15,658 bases of DNA from a virus (taxonomy: Duplodnaviria; Heunggongvirae; Uroviricota; Caudoviricetes): IMG/VR virus record IMGVR_UViG_2721755662_000003; one strand, written 5' to 3'. A model generated the notes under the pieces. That model saw only the letters and a list, made by a program, of their open reading frames with translations. It did not search any database and was not told where the DNA came from. Made by a program: the position numbers and the translations under genes. Position 1 is the first letter of the stretch. Each line of letters starts with the position of its first letter. Of this stretch, positions 7,181 to 15,313 are shown piece after piece.

Positions 7181-7587
7181 CAGCACAGATAGCAGCTTAC
7201 GGGCGGCTGGTGGACGACCCGCAGGTAAAACAGACCAGCAAGGGTACACCGATGACGCTGGCGCGTATGGCGGTATCGCTGCCATGCAGCCAGGCACAGG
7301 ATGGACAGGCGACGTTATGGCTATCGGTCATCGCATTTGGTAAGCAGGCCGACTTCCTGGCTAAACATCAAAAAGGCGACGTTGCCAGCGTATCCGGCAC
7401 GATGCAGGTCAGCCAGTGGACCGGACAGAACGGGGAAACGCGGCAGGGTTATCAGGTTATTGCAGACAGCGTAATCAGTGCCCGTGCGGCACGTCCTGGT
7501 GGGAGCCGACGCAAGACCACAGGCACACAGGGTAATCAGCCACCAGCGGGAGGCGATGACCCTTACGGTGATGATATTCCGTTCTGA
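7177..7587 (+). CDS. ssb: Single-stranded DNA-binding protein (136 aa)
   Basis: OB-fold region similar to E. coli SSB (WLSVIAFGKQAD vs WHRVVLFGKLAE), Gly/Pro-rich linker, acidic C-terminal tip ending DDIPF. Confidence 0.85.
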   Translation: MTAQIAAYGRLVDDPQVKQTSKGTPMTLARMAVSLPCSQAQDGQATLWLSVIAFGKQADFLAKHQKGDVASVSGTMQVSQWTGQNGETRQGYQVIADSVISARAARPGGSRRKTTGTQGNQPPAGGDDPYGDDIPF

Positions 7588-7599
7588 GGGGTGGGGACG

Positions 7600-7872
7600 A
7601 TGGTACATGACCGCATAGCGGAAGAACTGGAGGCGAAAGGCTTTTACCGGAGAGCGTCGGCGCGATGGGGTGAAGTCATGCAACTGGTGGAGACAGACAA
7701 GGAACGGCATCACATCACGATGCGACGGCTGGAATGTTCCAGGAAGGCACAGAGGCCACCGGAGCCGCCGGATAACTACGGAGACCTGAAAAAGGCGGTC
7801 GATCGCACTTATGCCGAAATGGGTATGGATGGTGCTGGTAATGAAATATGGCGAAATTACCAGGACAGATAA
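7600..7872 (+). CDS. Probable PerC-family transcriptional activator (about 90 aa from ATG 7600)
   Basis: N-terminal MVHDRIAEELEAKGFYRRASARWGEVM matches my recollection of the PerC/Pch motif; SD gaggggtgggga upstream. Confidence 0.5.
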   Translation: MVHDRIAEELEAKGFYRRASARWGEVMQLVETDKERHHITMRRLECSRKAQRPPEPPDNYGDLKKAVDRTYAEMGMDGAGNEIWRNYQDR

Positions 7873-7878
7873 TCACAC

Positions 7879-7902
7879 AGCCGGAGCAATCCGGCTTTTT
7901 GT
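7879..7902 (+). terminator. Rho-independent terminator: AGCCGGA-GCAA-TCCGGCT then TTTTTGT
   Basis: 7-bp GC-rich stem, GNRA-type tetraloop, T-run immediately 3'. Confidence 0.75.
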
Positions 7903-7949
7903 CATGTTTTGTAAATTATTTGTTCGTGGTTGTTCCACGTTGTTCACTG
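7899..7949 (+). repeat. Five 10/11-bp-phased TTGT repeats (ttgtca, ttgtaa, ttgttc, ttgttc, ttgttc) upstream of the capsid operon
   Basis: TTGT at 7899, 7909, 7920, 7930, 7940; same motif as 1267-1310 (opposite strand) and 15383-15408. Confidence 0.65.
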
Positions 7950-8000
7950 AGCGGATCGGCATATTTTACCCGAACTGAATCATGATTATTCTCGCCCGTG

Positions 8001-8158
8001 GTGCCAGGACGCTGGGGCCACTTTTCCGCCTGTTAATGTTCTCGCCAATATTCATTACCAGGCGGGAAAACGATCGGTGCGATTGCTGATTTCCTTATGA
8101 AAAACGGTTGAGTTTTTGCCGCGTCCTGGAGTTCCTTACTTAACCCCAGGACTTTTTT
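8001..8158 (+). promoter_or_regulatory. Structured untranslated leader of the capsid operon: nested inverted repeats and a hairpin plus T7 run ending 2 nt before the capsid ATG; no SD
   Basis: TTTTCCGCCTG(8022-8032)/CAGGCGGGAAAA(8059-8070); CCAGGACGC(8004-8012)/GCGTCCTGG(8121-8129); TCCTGG(8124-8129)/CCAGGA(8146-8151) followed by CTTTTTTTA. Confidence 0.4.
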
Positions 8159-8159
8159 T

Positions 8160-9317
8160 ATGCCGAGAATAATCGAATTACGCCAGCAGAAAACCGCCAT
8201 TAAAAATCAGATGCGCGACATGCTGGAGAACGCGGAAAAAGAAAACCGCAGTCTTAACGATGCTGAGGGCGCAAAATTTGACGAATTACGCGCTAAAGCT
8301 GAATCCCTCGATAAAGACATTTCCCGCCTTGAAGCCATTGCAGACGAAGAGCGCAGCAAGCCAGGTAAAAGCAGTCAGACCACTGACCCAGCCGAACTAC
8401 GTCACTACATTCTGACAGGTGAAACCCGCGCATTAAGTACAGGCGTTCCCGCTGATGGTGGTTATACCGTTATCCCCGAACTGAACACCGAAATCATGCG
8501 AATGCTGACGGATGAATCCACCATGCGCCGCATCTGTACCGTGAAGAAAATCAGCAGCAACGAGTTTAAGCAGCTTGTTTCCGCTGGCGGTGCGACCGTT
8601 AACCACGGTGAAGAGGGTAAGGCACGCGAACAGACCAGCACCCCGCAGATTAACGAGGTGAGCATTAAGCTGTATCCGGTCTATGCGTACCCGCGCACCA
8701 CGCAGGAAATCGTGGATTTTTCCGATGTGGACATCCTTTCATGGCTGACGGGCGAGATTGGCGACAACTTCACGGAAACCGAAGAAAGCGATCTGGTTGT
8801 GGGCGACGGTGACAAAAAAGCAAAAGGCTTTTTATCCGTACCCCGTGCAGAGAAGAACGACAAAGAGCGTGATTTTGGTACGTTGCAGGTAATTAAACCT
8901 TCCGAATCTCTGGCGTGGACATCTGCGGACCCGCTGATCGACCTGAAATTTGCATTACGTAAAAAATACCGCAAAAACGCGGTCTGGGTGGTTAACTCCA
9001 CGACGGCGGCAAAACTTCAGAAGGTGAAGAACGCGAACGGTGATTACATCTGGCGCGACCGTTTACAGGCGGGTGATCCTGATACGTTACTGGGCCTTCC
9101 GGTCGAATATCTGGAGTTTATGCCGGATAACGTTATTGCCCTGGGTGACTTCAAACGCGGTTACTACATTGTTGATCACGAAACAGGTGTTCGCACCAGA
9201 CCGGACAACCTCACAGAGCCGGGCTTCATCAAAATTTTCACGCAGAAATATTTAGGCGGTGGCGTGGTGGATTCGAACGCGATCAAGATTCTGGAACTGC
9301 CACAGGACGACGATTAA
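8160..9317 (+). CDS. Major capsid protein, HK97 fold, with N-terminal coiled-coil delta (scaffold) domain; 385 aa
   Basis: N-terminal 100 aa charged/helical (delta-domain-like), remainder typical HK97-family MCP; same length as HK97 gp5; prohead protease gene follows. Confidence 0.9.
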   Translation: MPRIIELRQQKTAIKNQMRDMLENAEKENRSLNDAEGAKFDELRAKAESLDKDISRLEAIADEERSKPGKSSQTTDPAELRHYILTGETRALSTGVPADGGYTVIPELNTEIMRMLTDESTMRRICTVKKISSNEFKQLVSAGGATVNHGEEGKAREQTSTPQINEVSIKLYPVYAYPRTTQEIVDFSDVDILSWLTGEIGDNFTETEESDLVVGDGDKKAKGFLSVPRAEKNDKERDFGTLQVIKPSESLAWTSADPLIDLKFALRKKYRKNAVWVVNSTTAAKLQKVKNANGDYIWRDRLQAGDPDTLLGLPVEYLEFMPDNVIALGDFKRGYYIVDHETGVRTRPDNLTEPGFIKIFTQKYLGGGVVDSNAIKILELPQDDD

Positions 9318-9327
9318 CAGCATACAG

Positions 9328-9356
9328 AAGGGGCTTAAAAGCCCCTTTAGTGTTTT
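9328..9356 (+). terminator. Hairpin AAGGGGC-ttaaaa-GCCCCTT followed by T-rich tract after capsid gene (probably a partial terminator)
   Basis: 7-bp stem read directly; U-tract interrupted (TTTAGTGTTTTAT). Confidence 0.5.
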
Positions 9357-9929
9357 ATGGGTGAAAAAATTATGAAGAGTATGGAAATCCGGTCATCGGA
9401 AATCACTACCAGCGGAGCCGGTACGCTGACGGGCTACGTTGTTCGCTGGGATAAGCTTTCAGAACTGCTATGGGGGGAGTTTTACGAAAAATTCCAGCGG
9501 GGGGCGTTTACTGAGTGGCTTGCGGCGGGTAATGACGTTCGCGGCCTGTATGAGCATGACCACAGCATGTTACTGGGGCGCACCCGTTCCGGCACGCTGA
9601 AACTGGAAGAGGACGAAACAGGGTTACGCTTTGAACTGACCCCACCGGATACCAGTACAGGGCGCGACGTTATCGAACTGGTTAAGCGTGGGGACATCTC
9701 GGGGATGAGCTTTGGCTTTCGCTCCCGTAAGGATGTATGGGATACCACAACAGATCCATGCGTGCGCACCGTGCTGGTGGCGGAACTGTACGAAATTACC
9801 GTTACATCGGTACCGGCTTACCCCGATTCCGGCGTGGAGCTGGCCCGCCGTTCCCTGTATGAGCAGCACCCCGAAAAAATGCCGCGTGCGGATAATCGCC
9901 GCTGGTGGGTGGATTTAGCGGGGGTGTGA
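9357..9929 (+). CDS. Prohead maturation protease, HK97 family (start may be ATG 9372)
   Basis: Motifs YVVRWDK, GLYEHDH, GLRFEL, DISGMSFGF typical of HK97-type prohead proteases; positioned between capsid and portal. Confidence 0.85.
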   Translation: MGEKIMKSMEIRSSEITTSGAGTLTGYVVRWDKLSELLWGEFYEKFQRGAFTEWLAAGNDVRGLYEHDHSMLLGRTRSGTLKLEEDETGLRFELTPPDTSTGRDVIELVKRGDISGMSFGFRSRKDVWDTTTDPCVRTVLVAELYEITVTSVPAYPDSGVELARRSLYEQHPEKMPRADNRRWWVDLAGV

Positions 9930-9930
9930 T

Positions 9931-11142
9931 ATGTGGCCTTTCAGAAGAAAAAAAGAGCAGCGCAGCATGACGCTGGATGAATTTATGGCGCTGGCTGGCA
10001 CATCGAACACGGGGGCGGGTGAGTACGTATCATCGGGGACAGCGGAATCACTGCCCGCCGTCATGAACGCCGTGACGGTCATCTCTGAGGCGGTGGCTAC
10101 CATGCCGTGTTACCTGTACCTGGTACGCAATGAGAAGGGGAAGGAGGCCCGCGAGTGGCTTGATTCTCATCCGGTCGATCACATCCTCAACGAGCGCCCG
10201 AACGCATGGCAAACCCCCTACCAGTTTAAGCGAATGATGATCCGCCACTGCCTGTTAAACGGTAATGCTTATGCGGTGATTCAGTGGGGGCGTGATGGTT
10301 TTCCGGCGGCTTTACATCCTTACCCGCCGCAGTCGGTGAACGTGGAGCAGACAGGCGAACACAACTGGCGCTACTGCATCACTGACGCCTACACCGGAAA
10401 CACCCGCAACTATTTACCGTGGGAAGTACTTCACCTTCGTTACTCCACGGATGACGGCTTTATGGGGCGCTCACCTGTAACCATCTGCCGCGAATCGCTG
10501 GGGCTTGGGCTGGCCCAACAACGCCACGGCGCGAGCGTGATGCGTGATGGCATGATGGCGGCAGGGGTTATCACGTCAGGCGAATGGCTGGACGGCGTGA
10601 AGGGCAAACAGGCATTAGCCGCACTGGAACGCTACAAAGGGGCCAGAAACGCCGGAAAAACGCCCATCCTTGAAGGGGGTATGAGCTATCAGCAGCTGGG
10701 CATGAGTAATCAGGATGCTGAATGGCTGGCCTCCCGTCGCTTCACCATTGAAGACATCGCCCGAATGTTCAACGTCTCGCCGATTTTTTTGCAGGAATAC
10801 AGCAACAGCACCTACAGCAATTTCAGCGAGGCAAGCCGCGCATTTCTCACCATGACGATGCGCCCGTGGCTGGCGAACTTTGAGCAGCAGATAAAAAACG
10901 CCCTGCTGGTGGCCTCGCCTGTACCTGGTATCCGGTATCAGGTGGAGTTTGACAGCGCGGACCTGTTACGGGCCACACCTGGCGAACGCTTTGCCACCTA
11001 TGAGCGCGGCATCAAATCCGGCGTTATGTGTCCGAACGAAGCCCGCGAACGTGAAGGTCTGTCACCGCGTGATGGTGGTGATGAGTTCAGCCAGGCATGG
11101 AAACAGGAAGTAAAAATCAGCGAGGGAGAAAAACCGGAATGA
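9931..11142 (+). CDS. Portal protein, HK97 family (403 aa)
   Basis: Conserved portal segments NGNAYAVIQW, RRFTIEDIARMFNVSPIFL, MRPWLANFEQQI. Confidence 0.9.
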   Translation: MWPFRRKKEQRSMTLDEFMALAGTSNTGAGEYVSSGTAESLPAVMNAVTVISEAVATMPCYLYLVRNEKGKEAREWLDSHPVDHILNERPNAWQTPYQFKRMMIRHCLLNGNAYAVIQWGRDGFPAALHPYPPQSVNVEQTGEHNWRYCITDAYTGNTRNYLPWEVLHLRYSTDDGFMGRSPVTICRESLGLGLAQQRHGASVMRDGMMAAGVITSGEWLDGVKGKQALAALERYKGARNAGKTPILEGGMSYQQLGMSNQDAEWLASRRFTIEDIARMFNVSPIFLQEYSNSTYSNFSEASRAFLTMTMRPWLANFEQQIKNALLVASPVPGIRYQVEFDSADLLRATPGERFATYERGIKSGVMCPNEAREREGLSPRDGGDEFSQAWKQEVKISEGEKPE

Positions 11143-11477
11143 ACATAGGGCGACTGCGTGACAGGATAACGATTCAGACCCTGAAACAGACCAGGGATAT
11201 AACCGGCGAAATACTCGAAACGTGGGAGGACGGTCACACACTCTGGGCAAGCGTGAACATGGTCAGCAGCAAGGAGGCCATTTCATCGGGCGCAGAGCTG
11301 GCGATTGGTACCGTAAGGATCTGGATACGGTACCGGAAGGACATCAACGCCACCAGCCGGATAAAGGTCAGTACGGGGCCGCTGGCGGGGCGTGTACTGA
11401 ATATCATCGGGCAGCCGCTGCCGGATGCCGCCAGGACACGCCTTGAAATTCTTTGTCGTGAGGGCGCGGAAAAATGA
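11139..11477 (+). CDS. Head-tail adaptor / head closure protein (about 112 aa from ATG 11139 overlapping portal stop)
   Basis: MNIGRLRDRITIQ...WASV...IRYRKDI pattern of phage head-tail joining proteins; ATGA overlap with portal stop. Confidence 0.7.
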   Translation: MNIGRLRDRITIQTLKQTRDITGEILETWEDGHTLWASVNMVSSKEAISSGAELAIGTVRIWIRYRKDINATSRIKVSTGPLAGRVLNIIGQPLPDAARTRLEILCREGAEK

Positions 11478-11770
11478 CAGAAGAACTTATCACCCTGGAA
11501 GAAGTGAAACTCCATTGCCGCATCGATGGCGACGATGAAGACCAGTTAATCAGCGGATACATTGCCGCATCGCTTGAGGCGTGCCAGATACACATAGGCA
11601 GGCGCTTTGATGACGGGCTGGAGTTCACGCCAGCCATAAAGATTGGCTGCATGATGTTTATCGCTCACCTGTATGAAAATCGCCAGATTGTCGCGGATAA
11701 CGCAAAAACACGCGTACCCATGACGATAGGCGCACTCTGGACGGCTTACCGTGATGTGGGGGTGTACTGA
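11474..11770 (+). CDS. Head-tail connector protein, gp6-like (98 aa)
   Basis: LITLEEVKLHCRIDGDDEDQLISGYIAAS...YENRQ matches gp6-like connector N-terminal pattern. Confidence 0.7.
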   Translation: MTEELITLEEVKLHCRIDGDDEDQLISGYIAASLEACQIHIGRRFDDGLEFTPAIKIGCMMFIAHLYENRQIVADNAKTRVPMTIGALWTAYRDVGVY

Positions 11771-12210
11771 TGCCGTGGCAACCATTAAGACGATGCACAG
11801 AACCAGGCTGTAACAGGCGCGTTAAATCCGGCAAGTGTGAGGAGCACAGGCGGGCGGCATGGCGTGCAGAGGATGCCAGACGAGGACACCGCCGCGCGCG
11901 TGGATATTCCAGACAGTGGGACAAATACCGCGCCATGTATCTGAGTAAAAACCCGTTATGCGTGCGATGCCTTGAGAAGGGGATATATACGCCCGCCGTG
12001 GTGGTGGATCACATTATCCCGATTAATGGCGGTGATGATGTTCTCTTCTGGCCCGAATGGAACCATCAACCATTGTGCCAGGCGTGTCATAACCAGAAAA
12101 CGAAATGGCTTGATCCGGCAACAAAAAGCAAGCGTGCCGCAGGTGGATTTCGTGAAGAGGAAGAACGGGCCGCTAACCGCAATAACTGGATGTATGACGC
12201 TGATGAATGA
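11770..12210 (+). CDS. HNH endonuclease associated with terminase (146 aa)
   Basis: Cys pairs CxxC...C...C with VDHIIPI and NHQPLCQACHNQKT (HNH motif); sits immediately upstream of TerS as in cos-type HK97-like packaging modules. Confidence 0.85.
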   Translation: MPWQPLRRCTEPGCNRRVKSGKCEEHRRAAWRAEDARRGHRRARGYSRQWDKYRAMYLSKNPLCVRCLEKGIYTPAVVVDHIIPINGGDDVLFWPEWNHQPLCQACHNQKTKWLDPATKSKRAAGGFREEEERAANRNNWMYDADE

Positions 12211-12376
12211 GCGGGAACAAAACCGCCTTATCCGTGGACTTATAAGGCAGCGTGACGCATGGAAGACACAGGAAACAGGGCATAAAGATAAAGCGTCAGG
12301 ACGCGCAGAACGCATCACAGCGAAGCGATTAACCGACCGTGACCGCGAGGTTATGGAATGTTTCCGCAATCGCTGA
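12203..12376 (+). CDS. Possible small highly charged protein (57 aa) between HNH and TerS; low confidence
   Basis: 3' part of track ORF 11972-12376 lying outside HNH; MNEREQNRLIRGLIRQRDAWK...; no clear SD. Confidence 0.25.
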   Translation: MNEREQNRLIRGLIRQRDAWKTQETGHKDKASGRAERITAKRLTDRDREVMECFRNR

Positions 12377-12379
12377 TGA

Positions 12380-12440
12380 GGCTGTATGACGGGGTGGGGG
12401 GCGTTTTCAGGACAAACCCGACCCCGCCGGGCACCGAACG
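12380..12440. other. Candidate cos/packaging site: G-run and C-run rich segment between HNH and terS
   Basis: acggggtggggggcg ... cccgaccccgccgggc; position matches where cos lies in HK97-type phages that use HNH+TerS+TerL. Confidence 0.3.
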
Positions 12441-12498
12441 CCTCCTCAAATTTTTATGCACGGGAATTTTTTGAAAAATAATCTGACGAAAAATAAGC

Positions 12499-12855
12499 AT
12501 GGCAAGACCACCGAAAGCCCCCGCCTACCTGGATGACATCGCCGTGAAGCAGTGGCGGGAAAAATCGCGGCAGCTTGCGGAACGGGGAGACCTGACCCCC
12601 GCCGACTGGAGCAATCTGGAACTGTATTGTGTCAACTACTCCATTTACCGGAAAGCCGTCGCAGACCTTGCGGCGCGCGGGTTCAGCATTGTTAACAGTC
12701 AGGGCGGCGAGAGCAGAAACCCCGCATTAAGCGCGAAATCAGACGCTGAAAGGGTGATGATAAAAATGGCCTCCTTGCTCGGTTTTGACCCGATAAGCCG
12801 CCGTAAAAACCCACCGGAAACAGAAGAAGAGGACGAGCTTGACCGCCTGGAATAA
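12499..12855 (+). CDS. terS: Terminase small subunit, P27-like family (118 aa)
   Basis: WSNLELYCVNYSIYRKA...NPALS...GFDPISR pattern of P27-family TerS; overlaps terL start. Confidence 0.8.
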   Translation: MARPPKAPAYLDDIAVKQWREKSRQLAERGDLTPADWSNLELYCVNYSIYRKAVADLAARGFSIVNSQGGESRNPALSAKSDAERVMIKMASLLGFDPISRRKNPPETEEEDELDRLE

Positions 12856-14500
12856 GTACGCAGAAGACGTAAAAACGGGCAAAATTCCGGCCTGTAAACG
12901 GCTGAAACAGGCCGTTAAACGGTACTTTTCGGACCTTAAAAGCCCCCTTTACACGTTCGATCGTGAGGTTGTGGAGCGGTTTATTGCCTTTTCCAGGGTG
13001 TGCCCGCACGTAAAAGGACCGATGCGTGGCAGACCCATTGAGCTGGAGCCGTGGCAGCAGTTCGCCTTTGCGTGCATCCTCGGCTTTAAGGTTAAGGCCA
13101 CCGGACGGCGCAAATACACGAGCGCCTTTATCGAAGTGCCGCGCAAAAATGCGAAATCCACGACCGCCGCGATTCTGGCTAACTGGTTTCTGATTATGGA
13201 GAACGGTCAGCAGGATATCTACACCGCAGCGGTGAGCCGTGACCAGGCGCGGATCGTCTTTGATGATGCGCGTCAGATGTGCCTTTTATCCCGACCGTTA
13301 CGCAGGCGGGTGAATATTCAGGCGCATAAGGTGATACACCCGAAAAGCAACAGCCTGTTAAAGCCGCTGGCAGCAAAAGCGGCAACCATCGAGGGAACAA
13401 ACCCCAGCCTTTCCATCGTGGACGAATACCACTTGCACCCCGATAACGGCGTTTATTCCGCGCTTGAGCTGGGGATGGGCGCACGTCCCGAAGGGCTGTT
13501 ATTTGCCATTACCACATCAGGCAGCAACGTCGTTTCAGCCTGTAAGCAGCACTATGATTATTGCTGCCAGATCCTGGACGGCGAAGAGGTTAACGATTCA
13601 ATTTTTGTACTGATTTACGAACTGGACGACGAAAACGAGGTTGATGATCCGGCGATGTGGATAAAGGCGAACCCTAATATTGATGTTTCCGTCGATCGTG
13701 AAAAACTGGCCTCAACCATCCAGAAAGCGCGGGGTATTCCGTCGCAGTGGGTGGAGATGATGACAAAGCGATTTAATATCTGGTGCCAGGGGGCTACCCC
13801 GTGGATGGGTAACGGCGCATGGGCTGAGTGTGCCGGAACGTTCACGGAGGAAGATTTACACGGCCAGGAGTGTTACGCGGGGCTGGACTTATCATCAACC
13901 AGCGATATTTCCAGCGTGTGCTATGCCTTTCCGGTCGGTAAAACCATTATGCTGGTTTCCCGTCACTATCTGCCGGAATTTCAGCTACAGAACCCCGCCA
14001 ATAAAAACCGCGCCATCTATCGTCAGTGGGCTAAAGCAGGCTGGATACGCACAACGCCTGGCGACTGCATTGATTACGACCGGATCAGAGATGACATCAT
14101 GCAGGACGCGGAGAAATTTAATATCAGGCTGGTGGGCTTTGATACGTGGAACGCCACGCATCTCAGAACGCAATTACAGGGGGCAGGTTTTGAGGTGGAG
14201 CCGTTCCCGCAAACCTACCTCAGATTCAGTCCGGCGGCGAAATCGTTCGAAGTTTTTGTTAACCGCAGGGTGATTGTGCATCGTGGCGATCCGGTGTTGT
14301 CCTGGTCGATGAGTAACGTCGTGATGCAGAGTGACGCGAACGCCAATATCAAGCCGAACAAGAAAAAATCACCGAACAAGATAGACCCGAGCGTGGCGGC
14401 GCTGATGGCGTTTGGTACATTCCAGGCAGAGCATGAGGATTTTGCTTTTGATATAAGCGACAGCCACCGCCAGAAACTGGAAGAATTTAGCGGGGTGTAA
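12839..14500 (+). CDS. terL: Terminase large subunit (553 aa)
   Basis: N-terminal ATPase region then nuclease region, typical TerL layout; overlaps TerS; size typical. Confidence 0.9.
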   Translation: MTAWNKYAEDVKTGKIPACKRLKQAVKRYFSDLKSPLYTFDREVVERFIAFSRVCPHVKGPMRGRPIELEPWQQFAFACILGFKVKATGRRKYTSAFIEVPRKNAKSTTAAILANWFLIMENGQQDIYTAAVSRDQARIVFDDARQMCLLSRPLRRRVNIQAHKVIHPKSNSLLKPLAAKAATIEGTNPSLSIVDEYHLHPDNGVYSALELGMGARPEGLLFAITTSGSNVVSACKQHYDYCCQILDGEEVNDSIFVLIYELDDENEVDDPAMWIKANPNIDVSVDREKLASTIQKARGIPSQWVEMMTKRFNIWCQGATPWMGNGAWAECAGTFTEEDLHGQECYAGLDLSSTSDISSVCYAFPVGKTIMLVSRHYLPEFQLQNPANKNRAIYRQWAKAGWIRTTPGDCIDYDRIRDDIMQDAEKFNIRLVGFDTWNATHLRTQLQGAGFEVEPFPQTYLRFSPAAKSFEVFVNRRVIVHRGDPVLSWSMSNVVMQSDANANIKPNKKKSPNKIDPSVAALMAFGTFQAEHEDFAFDISDSHRQKLEEFSGV

Positions 14501-14513
14501 TGAGGTCAGCAGC

Positions 14514-14795
14514 ATGACAGAAGCCGAAATAACGGGATTAATCCGCCGCGTTGCCGGAATCAGCCAGCAGGCTGACGAACAGGCCACGCAGCCGGACAGC
14601 GTGACAGCCGAAAACTATGCGCGTGTTGTTGCTGAGGTGATGCGCCGTGATGGTATAGAACTTAATGGCGTGGATATGCGCAACATACGAACCAGAGTTC
14701 TTGAGTTGCTGGCCTACCGTCGCCGCGTGGAGATGTATCGGGAGAAGGAGAAAATAACGTACCACTGGAAGAAGCCGGAGCGGTTGCGGCGGTAA
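14514..14795 (+). CDS. Hypothetical protein (93 aa) after terL
   Basis: ORF track; Arg-rich C-terminus; no recognised family. Confidence 0.45.
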   Translation: MTEAEITGLIRRVAGISQQADEQATQPDSVTAENYARVVAEVMRRDGIELNGVDMRNIRTRVLELLAYRRRVEMYREKEKITYHWKKPERLRR

Positions 14796-14957
14796 CTGGT
14801 TGATATTCCCGACGGCCCAAAAATGGGTTGGCTACACCCCTCACAACTACGACATTTTCGCAGTTTAATTAATGGTCAGCTTAATCGCTAACCCGCTGAT
14901 ATTTTCGGAAACCTCAATTTGAGGAAGTCGGCGCGGTAACTCGCTGAACTTTAAGCA

Positions 14958-15313
14958 AAGCGCAAAATTGCGCTTGCTGAATAATCATTATGATTACGCA
15001 GATGATTAAGGAATGACCGAAGGCGGAAATTCGCCTGTGGTTAATGGGGGAGTTGCAGATCTGCAACTCGACCATGAAACTACGGAAACTACCCGTAGTT
15101 TGGGTAGTAAGAGTAACACCCAGATTTTGGGGCTTACTCGTGATACCCAAATTTGGGGTATCAGTGGCAACCATAACGACTTTCGTTACGGTTGATGCTT
15201 TTACCCCATTGGGGGAAAGGTATTACGATAATCATAACACCTACCGAACAGGTAAAGCCCACCAGCCTGATTAACGTTTAACCGGAAAAAAATTCCGGTA
15301 GGTGGGGATCCCC
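14958..15313. promoter_or_regulatory. Non-coding, palindrome-dense right arm
   Basis: AAGCGCAAAATTGCGCTT (14958-14975); TAATCATtATGATTA (14982-14996); perfect 18-bp AGTTGCAGATCTGCAACT (15051-15068); GAAACTAC x2 and 8-bp stem AACTACGG/CCGTAGTT (15076-15100); GATACCCAAATTTGGGGTATC (15142-15162); CCGGAA-aaaaa-TTCCGG (15282-15298); GGGGATCCCC (15304-15313). Confidence 0.4.

Noticed and set aside
11972-12202. 5' part of the + strand ORF 11972-12376 overlapping HNH in another frame
   Set aside because: Overlaps the motif-supported HNH gene; only the portion beyond the HNH stop is kept as a low-confidence small ORF.
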